Positions 1 through 10,151 of a DNA stretch of 64,000 nucleotides are shown in pieces. The translations under genes were made by a program, and so were the position numbers. Positions within the stretch are counted from its first letter, which is position 1. Every line of letters starts with the position of its first letter. The stretch is taken from the NCBI RefSeq assembly GCF_055900595.2, contig NZ_CM148325.1; one strand, given 5' to 3'. The notes beneath the pieces are model-generated. The model ran no database searches. It was given only the letters and a program-made list of their open reading frames with translations, and had not been told where the DNA came from.

Positions 1-1
1 G

Positions 2-1258
2 GAAAAAACTTCCGATCGTCTGCACTTTGACGAAGCCTGGTACGGTTATGCACGTTTCAACCCGATCTATGCCGATCACTATGCCATGCGCGGTGAACCT
101 GGCGATCACAACGGTCCTACCGTTTTCGCCACCCACTCAACCCACAAACTGCTGAATGCGCTGTCACAGGCCTCTTACATTCATGTGCGTGAAGGTCGTG
201 GGGCGATTAACTTCTCCCGCTTCAACCAGGCATACATGATGCATGCCACCACATCCCCGCTGTATGCCATCTGTGCATCTAACGACGTGGCGGTGTCGAT
301 GATGGACGGCAACAGCGGCCTGTCACTGACCCAGGAAGTGATCGACGAAGCGGTTGATTTCCGTCAAGCGATGGCACGGCTGTATAAAGAGTTCACCCAT
401 GACGGTAGCTGGTTCTTCAAACCGTGGAACAAAGAAGTGGTCACCGATCCACAAACCGGCAAAACCTACGACTTTGCTGACGCGCCAACCAAACTGCTGA
501 CCACCGTTCAGGACTGCTGGGTAATGCATCCGGGCGAAAGCTGGCACGGCTTCAAAGATATTCCGGATAACTGGAGTATGCTCGACCCAATTAAAGTCAG
601 CATTCTCGCACCGGGAATGGGTGAAGATGGTGAACTGGAAGAAACCGGTGTTCCGGCGGCGCTGGTCACTGCCTGGCTTGGTCGCCACGGCATTGTGCCT
701 ACCCGCACCACTGACTTCCAGATTATGTTCCTGTTCTCTATGGGCGTAACCCGTGGGAAATGGGGAACTCTGGTTAACACCCTTTGCTCCTTCAAACGCC
801 ACTACGACGCCAACACACCGCTGGCGCAGGTGATGCCGGAACTTGTTGAACAATATCCTGACACTTACGCGAATATGGGGATTCACGATCTGGGTGACAC
901 CATGTTTGTCTGGCTAAAAGAAAATAACCCTGGCGCACGGTTGAACGAAGCCTATTCCGGCCTGCCGGTGGCGGAAATCACCCCGCGTGAAGCGTACAAC
1001 GCAATTGTCGATAACAATGTCGAACTGGTATCCATTGAAAATCTGCCTGGACGCATCGCGGCAAACTCAGTTATCCCGTATCCGCCAGGAATCCCGATGC
1101 TACTGTCTGGTGAAAACTTCGGCGATAAAAACAGTCCACAGGTAAGTTATTTACGCTCCCTGCAATCCTGGGACCATCATTTCCCTGGATTTGAACACGA
1201 AACTGAAGGGACTGAAATTATTGACGGTATTTACCACGTCATGTGTGTGAAAGCGTAA
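2..1258 (+). CDS. adiA: Biodegradative arginine decarboxylase, C-terminal ~418 aa (5' end lies outside the window)
   Basis: Open frame runs from the window edge to the stop at 1258; translation resembles the C-terminal region of the large PLP-dependent Orn/Lys/Arg decarboxylases; followed by adiY and adiC as in the E. coli adi locus. Confidence 0.85.
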   Translation, partial: EKTSDRLHFDEAWYGYARFNPIYADHYAMRGEPGDHNGPTVFATHSTHKLLNALSQASYIHVREGRGAINFSRFNQAYMMHATTSPLYAICASNDVAVSMMDGNSGLSLTQEVIDEAVDFRQAMARLYKEFTHDGSWFFKPWNKEVVTDPQTGKTYDFADAPTKLLTTVQDCWVMHPGESWHGFKDIPDNWSMLDPIKVSILAPGMGEDGELEETGVPAALVTAWLGRHGIVPTRTTDFQIMFLFSMGVTRGKWGTLVNTLCSFKRHYDANTPLAQVMPELVEQYPDTYANMGIHDLGDTMFVWLKENNPGARLNEAYSGLPVAEITPREAYNAIVDNNVELVSIENLPGRIAANSVIPYPPGIPMLLSGENFGDKNSPQVSYLRSLQSWDHHFPGFEHETEGTEIIDGIYHVMCVKA

Positions 1259-1581
1259 CCACTATTCCGCTGAAGGCGTAATTGTTAAATAACATTACGC
1301 CGCCTGGCTTGAGGCCTTTTTAGTATGGCAACGTTTTCATAAAAATTGCTGCAAACAAAAATGTCATACTTTTTGCGCGGTCCCACCCCGCGCTTTTTTT
1401 CGCCTGTTATTTATCCTGTAAAAAAATATGTACATGAGAAATTACTATAAAAATTTGTAATATTAGTAAAACTCGTTATTTTTATGCATGTTTATATTCA
1501 TCATACAATTATATAACCATTTCCCGGTATCGCTTTGCTTTAGCGAGAACTGGTCTTTTATTCGCACTCAGGAGTACATGT

Positions 1582-2343
1582 ATGAGGATTTGCAGCGACC
1601 AACCTTGTATTGTTTTATTGACTGAAAAAGATGTCTGGATAAGGGTGAATGGGAAAGAACCTATTAGCCTTAAAGCTAACCATATGGCGTTATTAAATTG
1701 TGAAAATAATATTATCGACGTCTCCTCTCTTAATAACACTTTGGTTGCTCATATTAGTCACGACATCATCAAAGATTACCTCCGGTTTCTGAATAAAGAT
1801 CTCTCGCAAATACCAGTATGGCAACGTAGTGCTACGCCCATCCTCACCCTGCCATGCCTGACGCCAGACGTCTTTCGCGTTGCCGCGCAACATAGCATGA
1901 TGCCCGCTGAAACTGAGTCAGAAAAGGAACGAACACGTGCATTATTATTCACTGTGCTATCCCGTTTTCTCGACAGTAAAAAATTCCTTTCATTAATGAT
2001 GTATATGTTACGTAATTGTGTAAGTGACAGCGTTTATCAAATTATTGAAAGCGATATCCACAAAGACTGGAATCTTAGTATGGTAGCCAGTTGTTTATGT
2101 CTTAGCCCAAGTCTGTTAAAGAAAAAGCTGAAAAGCGAAAACACCAGTTATAGCCAAATAATCACCACCTGCCGCATGCGTTATGCCGTCAATGAATTAA
2201 TGATGGACGGTAAAAATATCTCTCAGGTCTCACAGTCGTGTGGCTACAACAGTACGTCGTACTTTATTTCTGTCTTTAAAGGCTTCTACGGTATGACGCC
2301 TCTGCATTATGTTAGTCAGCACAGAGAACGCACTGTCGCCTGA
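1582..2343 (+). CDS. adiY: AraC-family transcriptional regulator of the arginine-dependent acid resistance system
   Basis: 253 aa ORF with a C-terminal AraC-type HTH; AT-rich gene located between adiA and adiC. Confidence 0.85.
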   Translation: MRICSDQPCIVLLTEKDVWIRVNGKEPISLKANHMALLNCENNIIDVSSLNNTLVAHISHDIIKDYLRFLNKDLSQIPVWQRSATPILTLPCLTPDVFRVAAQHSMMPAETESEKERTRALLFTVLSRFLDSKKFLSLMMYMLRNCVSDSVYQIIESDIHKDWNLSMVASCLCLSPSLLKKKLKSENTSYSQIITTCRMRYAVNELMMDGKNISQVSQSCGYNSTSYFISVFKGFYGMTPLHYVSQHRERTVA

Positions 2344-2479
2344 TTTTTAACCTTAACGAAGAGCTATATTAATAACGGCATCAGCGATAACCCGGTCGAT
2401 AATAATTCAACTATCGAATGCAGGCGTATGATATGACGTAATTTATTGTCACGAAGCTCGCCTTCGCAGGAGTTTAATT

Positions 2480-3817
2480 ATGTCTTCGGATGCTGATGCT
2501 CACAAAGTGGGCTTAATCCCCGTCACCCTGATGGTGTCGGGGAATATTATGGGGTCAGGTGTTTTTCTGTTACCTGCAAACCTGGCCTCCACTGGCGGGA
2601 TTGCCATTTATGGATGGTTGGTGACGATTATCGGTGCGCTGGGGCTCTCGATGGTATACGCCAAAATGTCGTTCCTCGACCCAAGTCCTGGTGGTTCTTA
2701 CGCTTACGCCCGCCGCTGCTTTGGCCCGTTTCTCGGTTATCAAACCAACGTCCTCTACTGGCTGGCCTGCTGGATCGGCAATATCGCCATGGTGGTCATT
2801 GGCGTAGGATATTTAAGTTACTTCTTCCCGATTCTGAAAGATCCACTGGTATTAACCATCACCTGCGTCGTGGTGCTGTGGATCTTCGTCCTGCTGAACA
2901 TTGTCGGTCCGAAAATGATCACCCGCGTGCAGGCCGTTGCCACCGTGCTGGCGCTGATCCCCATCGTCGGGATTGCCGTATTTGGCTGGTTCTGGTTCCG
3001 TGGTGAAACCTATATGGCGGCATGGAACGTCAGCGGCCTGGGCACCTTCGGCGCGATTCAAAGTACCCTTAACGTTACGCTGTGGTCGTTCATCGGTGTG
3101 GAAAGTGCCTCCGTTGCCGCAGGTGTGGTGAAAAACCCGAAACGCAACGTCCCTATCGCCACCATTGGTGGGGTATTGATTGCCGCCGTTTGCTATGTAC
3201 TTTCTACCACCGCGATTATGGGGATGATCCCTAATGCCGCACTGCGCGTTTCTGCTTCGCCATTCGGTGATGCCGCACGGATGGCGCTGGGTGACACCGC
3301 CGGGGCCATTGTTTCTTTCTGCGCAGCTGCGGGTTGCTTAGGTTCACTGGGCGGCTGGACGTTGCTGGCGGGTCAAACGGCGAAAGCCGCTGCCGATGAC
3401 GGGCTGTTCCCACCGATTTTTGCCCGTGTAAACAAAGCGGGTACGCCAGTGGCAGGGCTGATTATCGTCGGTATTTTGATGACCATCTTCCAGCTCAGTA
3501 GCATTTCGCCAAACGCGACTAAAGAGTTCGGTCTGGTTTCTTCCGTGTCGGTCATCTTTACACTGGTGCCATATCTTTACACCTGTGCGGCGTTACTGCT
3601 GCTCGGCCACGGTCACTTTGGTAAAGCACGCCCGGCATATCTGGCAGTTACTACCATTGCCTTCCTCTACTGCATCTGGGCCGTGGTGGGGTCCGGGGCG
3701 AAAGAGGTTATGTGGTCATTTGTCACCCTGATGGTCATCACCGCCATGTATGCGCTGAATTACAACCGGCTGCATAAAAACCCGTATCCCTTAGATGCAC
3801 CAATAAGCAAAGATTAA
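2480..3817 (+). CDS. adiC: Arginine:agmatine antiporter (APC superfamily)
   Basis: 445 aa polytopic membrane protein, N-terminus [36 protein letters not shown] typical of APC transporters; synteny with adiA/adiY. Confidence 0.9.
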
Positions 3818-3843
3818 TTCCCCTTAATCCAGCAAACATAAAA

Positions 3844-3880
3844 GCCAACCTTAAGAACTTAAGGTTGGCTTAATTTTGCT
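3844..3880 (+). terminator. Putative rho-independent terminator of adiC (palindrome gccaaccttaag/cttaaggttggc followed by a T-rich run)
   Basis: Near-perfect inverted repeat with a T-rich tail immediately 3' of the adiC stop; the right arm overlaps the PmrA box listed next. Confidence 0.4.
3858..3874 (+). promoter_or_regulatory. PmrA (BasR) box CTTAAG-N5-CTTAAT upstream of eptA
   Basis: Sequence cttaaggttggcttaat matches the direct-repeat PmrA consensus YTTAAK-N5-YTTAAK; lies ~45 bp upstream of the preferred eptA start. Confidence 0.5.
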
Positions 3881-3920
3881 TTGCGAGCATATGCGCACTT
3901 TGTTCGATGGAAACACCGTG

Positions 3921-5564
3921 ATGTTGAAGCGCCTACTAAATAGACCCTCTTTGAATTTACTCGCCTGGCTATTGTTGGCCGCTTTTTATATCTCTATCTG
4001 CCTGAATATTGCCTTTTTTAAACAGGTGTTGCAGGCGCTGCCGCTGGACTCGCTGCATAACGTACTGGTTTTCTTGTCGATGCCGGTCGTCGCTTTCAGC
4101 GTGATTAATATTGTCCTGACACTAAGCTCTTTCTTATGGCTTAATCGACCGCTGGCCTGCCTGTTTATTCTGGTTGGCGCGGCTGCACAATATTTCATAA
4201 TGACTTACGGCATCGTCATCGACCGCTCGATGATTGCCAATATTATTGATACCACCCCAGCAGAAAGTTATGCGCTGATGACACCGCAAATGTTATTAAC
4301 GCTGGGATTCAGCGGCGTGCTTGCTGCGCTGATTGCCTGCTGGATTAAAATCAAACCTGCCACCTCGCGCCTGCGCAGTGTTCTTTTCCGTGGAGCCAAT
4401 ATTCTGGTTTCTGTGCTCCTGATTCTGCTGGTCGCCGCACTGTTTTATAAAGACTACGCCTCGCTGTTTCGCAACAACAAAGAGCTGGTGAAGTCCTTAA
4501 GCCCCTCTAACAGCATTGTTGCCAGCTGGTCATGGTACTCCCATCAGCGACTGGCAAATCTGCCGCTGGTGCGAATTGGTGAAGACGCGCACCGCAACCC
4601 GTTAATGCAGAACGAGAAACGTAAAAATTTGACCATCCTGATTGTCGGCGAAACCTCGCGGGCGGAGAACTTCTCCCTCAACGGCTACCCGCGTGAAACG
4701 AACCCGCGGCTGGCGAAAGATAACGTGGTCTATTTCCCCAATACTGCGTCTTGCGGCACGGCAACGGCAGTTTCAGTACCATGCATGTTCTCGGATATGC
4801 CGCGTGAGCATTACAAAGAAGAACTGGCACAACATCAGGAAGGCGTGCTGGATATCATTCAGCGGGCGGGCATAAACGTGCTGTGGAATGACAACGATGG
4901 TGGCTGCAAAGGCGTCTGCGATCGCGTGCCTCACCAGAACGTCACTGCGCTGAACCTGCCTGGTCAGTGTATCAACGGCGAATGTTATGACGAAGTGCTT
5001 TTCCACGGGCTGGAAGAGTACATCAATAACCTGCAAGGTGATGGCGTAATTGTCTTACACACCATCGGCAGTCACGGCCCGACCTATTACAATCGCTATC
5101 CGCCACAGTTCAGGAAATTTACCCCTACCTGCGACACCAACGAGATCCAGACCTGTACCCAAGAGCAACTGGTAAACACTTACGACAATACGCTGGTCTA
5201 CGTCGACTATATTGTTGATAAAGCAATTAATCTACTGAAAGAACATCAGGGTAAATTTACCACCAGCCTGGTTTATCTTTCTGACCACGGTGAATCGTTA
5301 GGTGAAAATGGCATCTATCTGCACGGTTTGCCTTATGCCATCGCCCCGGATAGCCAAAAACAGGTGCCGATGCTGCTGTGGCTGTCTGAGGATTATCAAA
5401 AACGGTATCAGGTTGACCAAAGTTGCCTACAGAAACAGGCGCAAACGCAACACTATTCACAAGACAATTTATTCTCCACGCTATTGGGATTAACTGGCGT
5501 TGAGACGAAGTATTACCAGGCTGCGGATGATATTCTGCAAACTTGCAGGAGAGTGAGTGAATGA
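3921..5564 (+). CDS. eptA: Lipid A phosphoethanolamine transferase
   Basis: 547 aa from the MLKRLL start (six-frame ORF begins at 3876, but the PmrA box position favours 3921); N-terminal TM helices plus a sulfatase-like periplasmic domain; stop overlaps the basR start. Confidence 0.85.
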   Translation: MLKRLLNRPSLNLLAWLLLAAFYISICLNIAFFKQVLQALPLDSLHNVLVFLSMPVVAFSVINIVLTLSSFLWLNRPLACLFILVGAAAQYFIMTYGIVIDRSMIANIIDTTPAESYALMTPQMLLTLGFSGVLAALIACWIKIKPATSRLRSVLFRGANILVSVLLILLVAALFYKDYASLFRNNKELVKSLSPSNSIVASWSWYSHQRLANLPLVRIGEDAHRNPLMQNEKRKNLTILIVGETSRAENFSLNGYPRETNPRLAKDNVVYFPNTASCGTATAVSVPCMFSDMPREHYKEELAQHQEGVLDIIQRAGINVLWNDNDGGCKGVCDRVPHQNVTALNLPGQCINGECYDEVLFHGLEEYINNLQGDGVIVLHTIGSHGPTYYNRYPPQFRKFTPTCDTNEIQTCTQEQLVNTYDNTLVYVDYIVDKAINLLKEHQGKFTTSLVYLSDHGESLGENGIYLHGLPYAIAPDSQKQVPMLLWLSEDYQKRYQVDQSCLQKQAQTQHYSQDNLFSTLLGLTGVETKYYQAADDILQTCRRVSE

Positions 5565-6229
5565 AAATTCTGATTGTTGAAGACGATACGCTGTTATTGC
5601 AGGGATTGATTCTGGCGGCGCAAACCGAAGGCTACGCGTGCGATGGCGTGACAACCGCGCGGATGGCGGAACAAAGCCTTGAGACCGGTCATTACAGCCT
5701 GGTGGTACTGGATTTAGGCTTACCCGATGAAGATGGGCTGCATTTTCTCGCCCGTATCCGGCAGAAAAAATATACCCTGCCGGTACTGATCCTCACCGCT
5801 CGCGATACGCTGACCGACAAAATCGCCGGGCTGGATGTCGGTGCCGATGACTATCTGGTGAAGCCTTTTGCGCTGGAAGAGTTACATGCCCGTATCCGCG
5901 CCCTGCTACGACGCCATAATAATCAGGGTGAAAGTGAGCTGATTGTTGGCAATCTGACGCTGAATATGGGTCGCCGTCAGGTATGGATGGGCAGTGAAGA
6001 GTTGATTCTGACGCCCAAAGAATATGCTCTGCTATCACGGTTAATGCTCAAAGCAGGCAGTCCGGTGCATCGGGAAATTCTCTACAACGACATCTATAAC
6101 TGGGACAATGAACCCTCGACCAACACCCTGGAAGTGCATATCCACAATCTGCGCGACAAAGTGGGCAAAGCCCGTATCCGCACCGTGCGCGGCTTTGGCT
6201 ATATGCTGGTCGCGAATGAGGAAAACTAA
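5561..6229 (+). CDS. basR: Two-component response regulator BasR/PmrA (OmpR family)
   Basis: 222 aa; receiver domain (MKILIVEDD...[11 protein letters not shown]) and winged-helix output domain; start overlaps the eptA stop (ATGA). Confidence 0.9.
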   Translation: MKILIVEDDTLLLQGLILAAQTEGYACDGVTTARMAEQSLETGHYSLVVLDLGLPDEDGLHFLARIRQKKYTLPVLILTARDTLTDKIAGLDVGADDYLVKPFALEELHARIRALLRRHNNQGESELIVGNLTLNMGRRQVWMGSEELILTPKEYALLSRLMLKAGSPVHREILYNDIYNWDNEPSTNTLEVHIHNLRDKVGKARIRTVRGFGYMLVANEEN

Positions 6230-6238
6230 TTGAATCTG

Positions 6239-7330
6239 ATGCGTTTTCTGCGCCGACCAATATCGCTGCGCCAACGGCTGATATTGACCATCGGGGCCAT
6301 TTTGTTGGTGTTTGAGCTGATCAGCGTCTTCTGGCTATGGCATGAAAGTACCGAGCAGATTCAGCTGTTTGAGCAGGCGCTACGCGACAATCGTAACAAC
6401 GATCGCCACATCATGCGTGAGATCCGCGAGGCGGTCGCCAGCCTGATTGTCCCTGGCGTCTTTATGGTCAGCCTGACGCTATTTATCTGCTATCAGGCGG
6501 TACGCCGCATCACCCGCCCGCTGGCGGAGCTGCAAAAAGAGCTGGAAGCGCGCACCGCCGACAACTTAACGCCCATTGCCATTCACAGCGCCACCCTCGA
6601 AATCGAAGCGGTGGTTTCAGCGTTAAACGATCTGGTCAGTCGCCTGACCAACACGCTGGATAACGAAAGGTTGTTTACCGCTGACGTCGCGCACGAACTG
6701 CGAACGCCACTGGCGGGGGTGCGTTTGCATCTGGAACTGCTGGCGAAAACGCATCACATTGATGTAGCACCGTTAGTGGCACGACTTGATCAGATGATGG
6801 AGAGTGTCTCCCAGCTACTGCAACTGGCGCGTGCCGGACAGTCATTTTCTTCCGGTAATTATCAACATGTAAAACTGCTGGAAGATGTCATTCTCCCCTC
6901 GTATGACGAACTCAGTACCATGCTCGACCAGCGCCAGCAAACCCTGCTATTGCCAGAGAGCGCCGCCGACATCATCGTTCAGGGTGATGCAACCCTGCTG
7001 CGGATGTTATTGCGAAACCTGGTAGAAAATGCCCATCGTTACAGCCCGCAAGGCAGCAACATTATGATTAAGCTGCAAGAAGATGGCGGAGCGGTCATGG
7101 CCGTTGAAGATGAAGGACCGGGTATTGATGAGAGTAAATGCGGGGAGTTGAGTAAAGCGTTTGTACGTATGGACAGCCGTTATGGCGGGATTGGTCTGGG
7201 GTTAAGTATTGTCAGCCGCATTACACAGTTGCATCACGGGCAGTTTTTCCTGCAAAACCGGCAAGAGACTTCTGGCACACGGGCCTGGATACGGCTGAAA
7301 AAAGATCAGTACGTGGCAAACCAGATATAA
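6239..7330 (+). CDS. basS: Sensor histidine kinase BasS/PmrB
   Basis: 363 aa from the ATG at 6239 (six-frame ORF begins at 6230); two TM segments, H-box AHELRTPLA, HATPase region with GIGLGLSIV. Confidence 0.85.
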   Translation: MRFLRRPISLRQRLILTIGAILLVFELISVFWLWHESTEQIQLFEQALRDNRNNDRHIMREIREAVASLIVPGVFMVSLTLFICYQAVRRITRPLAELQKELEARTADNLTPIAIHSATLEIEAVVSALNDLVSRLTNTLDNERLFTADVAHELRTPLAGVRLHLELLAKTHHIDVAPLVARLDQMMESVSQLLQLARAGQSFSSGNYQHVKLLEDVILPSYDELSTMLDQRQQTLLLPESAADIIVQGDATLLRMLLRNLVENAHRYSPQGSNIMIKLQEDGGAVMAVEDEGPGIDESKCGELSKAFVRMDSRYGGIGLGLSIVSRITQLHHGQFFLQNRQETSGTRAWIRLKKDQYVANQI

Positions 7331-7395
7331 AGAAAGCTGCTGACCACCAGCACGCTGAACACGGTAGTTAAACTTTCATAAACACGGTTTTTCAT
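7306..7395 (-). CDS. pmrR: Small membrane peptide PmrR (29 aa: MKNRVYESLTTVFSVLVVSSFLYIWFATY)
   Basis: Translated by hand from the minus strand (not in the six-frame track); GGAGG Shine-Dalgarno 8 nt upstream; single hydrophobic helix; preceded by a PmrA box; 3' end overlaps basS antisense by ~25 nt. Confidence 0.6.
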   Translation of the reverse strand: MKNRVYESLTTVFSVLVVSSFLYIWFATY

Positions 7396-7439
7396 TGCAC
7401 TCTCCTCCGTTAACCTGGAGGAGAGTATGCGCGTCAGAG

Positions 7440-7456
7440 ATTAAGTGAACCTTAAG
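7440..7456 (-). promoter_or_regulatory. PmrA (BasR) box CTTAAG-N5-CTTAAT upstream of pmrR
   Basis: Minus strand reads cttaaggttcacttaat, a match to the PmrA direct-repeat consensus, ~45 bp upstream of the pmrR ATG. Confidence 0.5.
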
Positions 7457-7465
7457 AGTTCAATT

Positions 7466-7494
7466 GGCCTGATAAGACAGCATCACATCAGGCC
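7466..7494 (-). terminator. Putative proP terminator hairpin (ggcctgat...atcaggcc)
   Basis: 8-bp perfect inverted repeat immediately 3' of the proP stop. Confidence 0.4.
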
Positions 7495-7506
7495 ATCCGT
7501 TTCAGC

Positions 7507-9009
7507 TTATTCATCAATTCGCGGATGCTGCTGCACCAGGCGGGTACGTTTCGCCTGCAAATCGGCAATCTCGTGGTCAATATCATCGATTTTCTGCTCG
7601 ATATTATCGTAATGCTCGACGAGAATTTCCTTCGCTTCCTGTATATCTGACGCCGCCGGTGTCGCACCTTTCAACGGACGATTCGCCGTCTCTTTCATGG
7701 TTACGCCGGTGATTAAACCAACCACCGCCACTACCATCAGGTAATAGGCAGGCATCATCAGATTCTGCGAGCTTTCGACCAGCCAGGCCGCCAACGTTGG
7801 CGTCAGACCGGCAACCAGCACCGAAATATTAAATGCCGCCGCCAGCGCGCTGTAACGGATATGCGTCGGGAACATCGCTGGCAAGGTAGAAGCCATAACG
7901 CCCGTAAAGCAGTTAAGGATCACCGCCAGCATCAGTAACCCGGCAAAAATCAGGCCGATGACGTTACTGTTAATCAGAATAAACGCCGGGATCGCCAACA
8001 CAAACAGTGCAACACTACCAAGTAGCACAAACGGACGACGGCCAAAACGGTCACTCAGCAAGCCCATCACCGGCTGGACAAACAGCATACCGATCATAAT
8101 GGCGATAATAATTAGCACCCCGTGGTCTTCGGAGTAATGCAGGTTATGCGACAAATAACTCGGCATATAGGTCAGCAACATGTAGTAAGTCACGTTGGTG
8201 GCAATTACCAGACCAATACATGTCAACAGGCTGCGCCAGTATTTAGTGGCAATCTCTTTAAACGAGACTTTCGGGCCATCCTGCAAACCTTCGCGGTCGC
8301 CCTGTTCCAGTTTATCAACATGCTGCTGGAACGCCGGAGTTTCTTCCAGCGCATGGCGCAGGTAAAGCCCGATAATCCCTAACGGCAGAGCAATAAAGAA
8401 CGGAATACGCCAGCCCCAGTCGAGGAAGTTCGCTTCGCCGACAATGGTCGAAATTAACACCACCACGCCCGCACCCAGCACAAACCCGGCAATAGAACCG
8501 AAGTCCAGCCAGCTGCCCATAAAGCCACGTTTACGGTCAGGGGAGTATTCCGCAACAAATATCGACGCCCCGGTATATTCACCGCCGACCGAGAAACCTT
8601 GTGCCATCTTACAGATCAACAGCAGAATCGGTGCCCAAATACCAATCGTGTCGTAGGACGGTATTAAGCCAATACAGAACGTACTGATCGACATAATCAC
8701 AATAGTGATAGCGAGGATCTTCTGGCGACCATATTTATCGCCCAACATACCAAAGAAGAGTCCGCCAAGCGGTCGAATCAGAAAGGGAACGGAGAAAGTG
8801 GCAAGTGCAGCAACCATCTGCACGCTGGGGTCAGCCCCCGGGAAAAAAACTTTACCTAATGCGTAAGCAACAAAACCATAAACACCAAAATCGAACCATT
8901 CCATTGCATTACCCAGTGATGCTGCGGTAATGGCTTTACGCAGTTTACCGTCATCAATAATAGTGACATCACGAAGGGTAATCGGTTTTACTTTTTTCCT
9001 TTTCAGCAT
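7507..9009 (-). CDS. proP: Proline/glycine betaine:H+ symporter (MFS osmosensory transporter)
   Basis: 500 aa from MLKRKK; 12-TM MFS protein with a C-terminal coiled-coil tail (EAKEILVEHYDNIEQKIDDIDHEIADLQAKRTRLVQQ). Confidence 0.9.
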   Translation of the reverse strand: MLKRKKVKPITLRDVTIIDDGKLRKAITAASLGNAMEWFDFGVYGFVAYALGKVFFPGADPSVQMVAALATFSVPFLIRPLGGLFFGMLGDKYGRQKILAITIVIMSISTFCIGLIPSYDTIGIWAPILLLICKMAQGFSVGGEYTGASIFVAEYSPDRKRGFMGSWLDFGSIAGFVLGAGVVVLISTIVGEANFLDWGWRIPFFIALPLGIIGLYLRHALEETPAFQQHVDKLEQGDREGLQDGPKVSFKEIATKYWRSLLTCIGLVIATNVTYYMLLTYMPSYLSHNLHYSEDHGVLIIIAIMIGMLFVQPVMGLLSDRFGRRPFVLLGSVALFVLAIPAFILINSNVIGLIFAGLLMLAVILNCFTGVMASTLPAMFPTHIRYSALAAAFNISVLVAGLTPTLAAWLVESSQNLMMPAYYLMVVAVVGLITGVTMKETANRPLKGATPAASDIQEAKEILVEHYDNIEQKIDDIDHEIADLQAKRTRLVQQHPRIDE

Positions 9010-9272
9010 AGCTTTCCTCGCAGAGTTGGCCCATTTCCGCAAACGCCAGAAAAATCAGCGCGACGGCCGCAAAAGGGGAGCGGGAATTGCAGGATGCAAT
9101 CTCTGTAACAAGCGTAGCGGGTTTGCTTACACCCTCCGGTTAAGGAATGTACAATCAAACCAGTTGACGCCTGAATTGGGCAGTTAATGAGCTTTTTACC
9201 CTACCAGTGTTTAAATTTGTGATCAACTTCACACATGATTTTCGTTTAGGAGTCATTGATGTAACTGATTAT

Positions 9273-10151
9273 TTACACCAAATTTACAGAGAAGATTTCC
9301 TCGACCATTGCCCCCGCCAGACGCTGCGCTGAACAGAGTCGTGGCATCCCCAGTGCGACAGTTTGCCAGCGTTGGGTCACTGACCAGCAAACGGGTTGTT
9401 TATCTGCCGTGGACCACTTTCCCAGCCAACTTAAAAAATCAGCATGATCCCCACCCGTCGGGGCGGTTGAAGAGGTAAACCACTGATGGTAATAGTGACG
9501 AGTGGTCGTTGCCGCATTAATACTCTCTGCCAGATGTTGTGTCGCTTTCACGCGCAAATCACCCAGCAACAACGCCACCGCTTGCGGGCTTCCCAGACGG
9601 CAGGCATCGCCAAATGCCCCCCAGCGCAACTCCTCCAGAACGATAAAACAGCGCCCAGGCAACGACCAGGCGTTATACGCCCCAGCACGCCAGCGGGTAA
9701 AAATTTGCTCGCTCTGATCACCTGCCTGCACCAGTAGGCCTCGTTGCGTTAACGCCTTTTCCTTCCAGCGACAACGGGCTGAAAACCACTCATACAAGGC
9801 GGCAATTTGCTGGGGGAGCTCCGGGAAAGCAGAGTGCTGGCGGTGATCCATTTTTTGCAGCAGCGCCAGATGCTGCGCGATCTGCGTCAGCGCCAGATGA
9901 CCGGGATCCAGCATCGACGCCAGTTTTTCCACCAATGTCAGACGCAGGCTAAGCGGCGCATTTAACATCCCGCCGTTCGTCCATGCCTGAAGCTGCACAC
10001 GCGCAAGAAGTTCCTGCATCAGTCGTTCACGAAACTGCTGCTGATGGGCTTGTGGATGGCGGGCATCATCGCCCTGCGCCAGATCCACTAAAAAGCGGGG
10101 ATGAATCGACTCCAGCACACGACCGGGGCCGTCCAGCAACGTCTTGGTCAA
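9273..10151 (-). CDS. yjcZ: Uncharacterized protein YjcZ, downstream partner of crfC
   Basis: 292 aa ORF whose start overlaps the crfC stop by 4 nt (translational coupling); no motif I recognise. Confidence 0.75.
   Translation of the reverse strand: MTKTLLDGPGRVLESIHPRFLVDLAQGDDARHPQAHQQQFRERLMQELLARVQLQAWTNGGMLNAPLSLRLTLVEKLASMLDPGHLALTQIAQHLALLQKMDHRQHSAFPELPQQIAALYEWFSARCRWKEKALTQRGLLVQAGDQSEQIFTRWRAGAYNAWSLPGRCFIVLEELRWGAFGDACRLGSPQAVALLLGDLRVKATQHLAESINAATTTRHYYHQWFTSSTAPTGGDHADFLSWLGKWSTADKQPVCWSVTQRWQTVALGMPRLCSAQRLAGAMVEEIFSVNLV

Noticed and set aside
323-886. 187-aa and 95-aa minus-strand ORFs inside adiA
   Set aside because: Fully antisense to a well-supported coding frame; no start context or motifs.
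2614-3061. Alternative-frame and antisense ORFs (130 aa, 69 aa) inside adiC
   Set aside because: Overlap the transporter frame; Arg/Pro-rich composition typical of out-of-frame translation of GC-rich coding DNA.
7421-7438. Tiny plus-strand ORF ATGCGCGTCAGAGATTAA (MRVRD) downstream of basS
   Set aside because: Five codons inside the pmrR 5' UTR/PmrA-box region on the opposite strand; no RBS.
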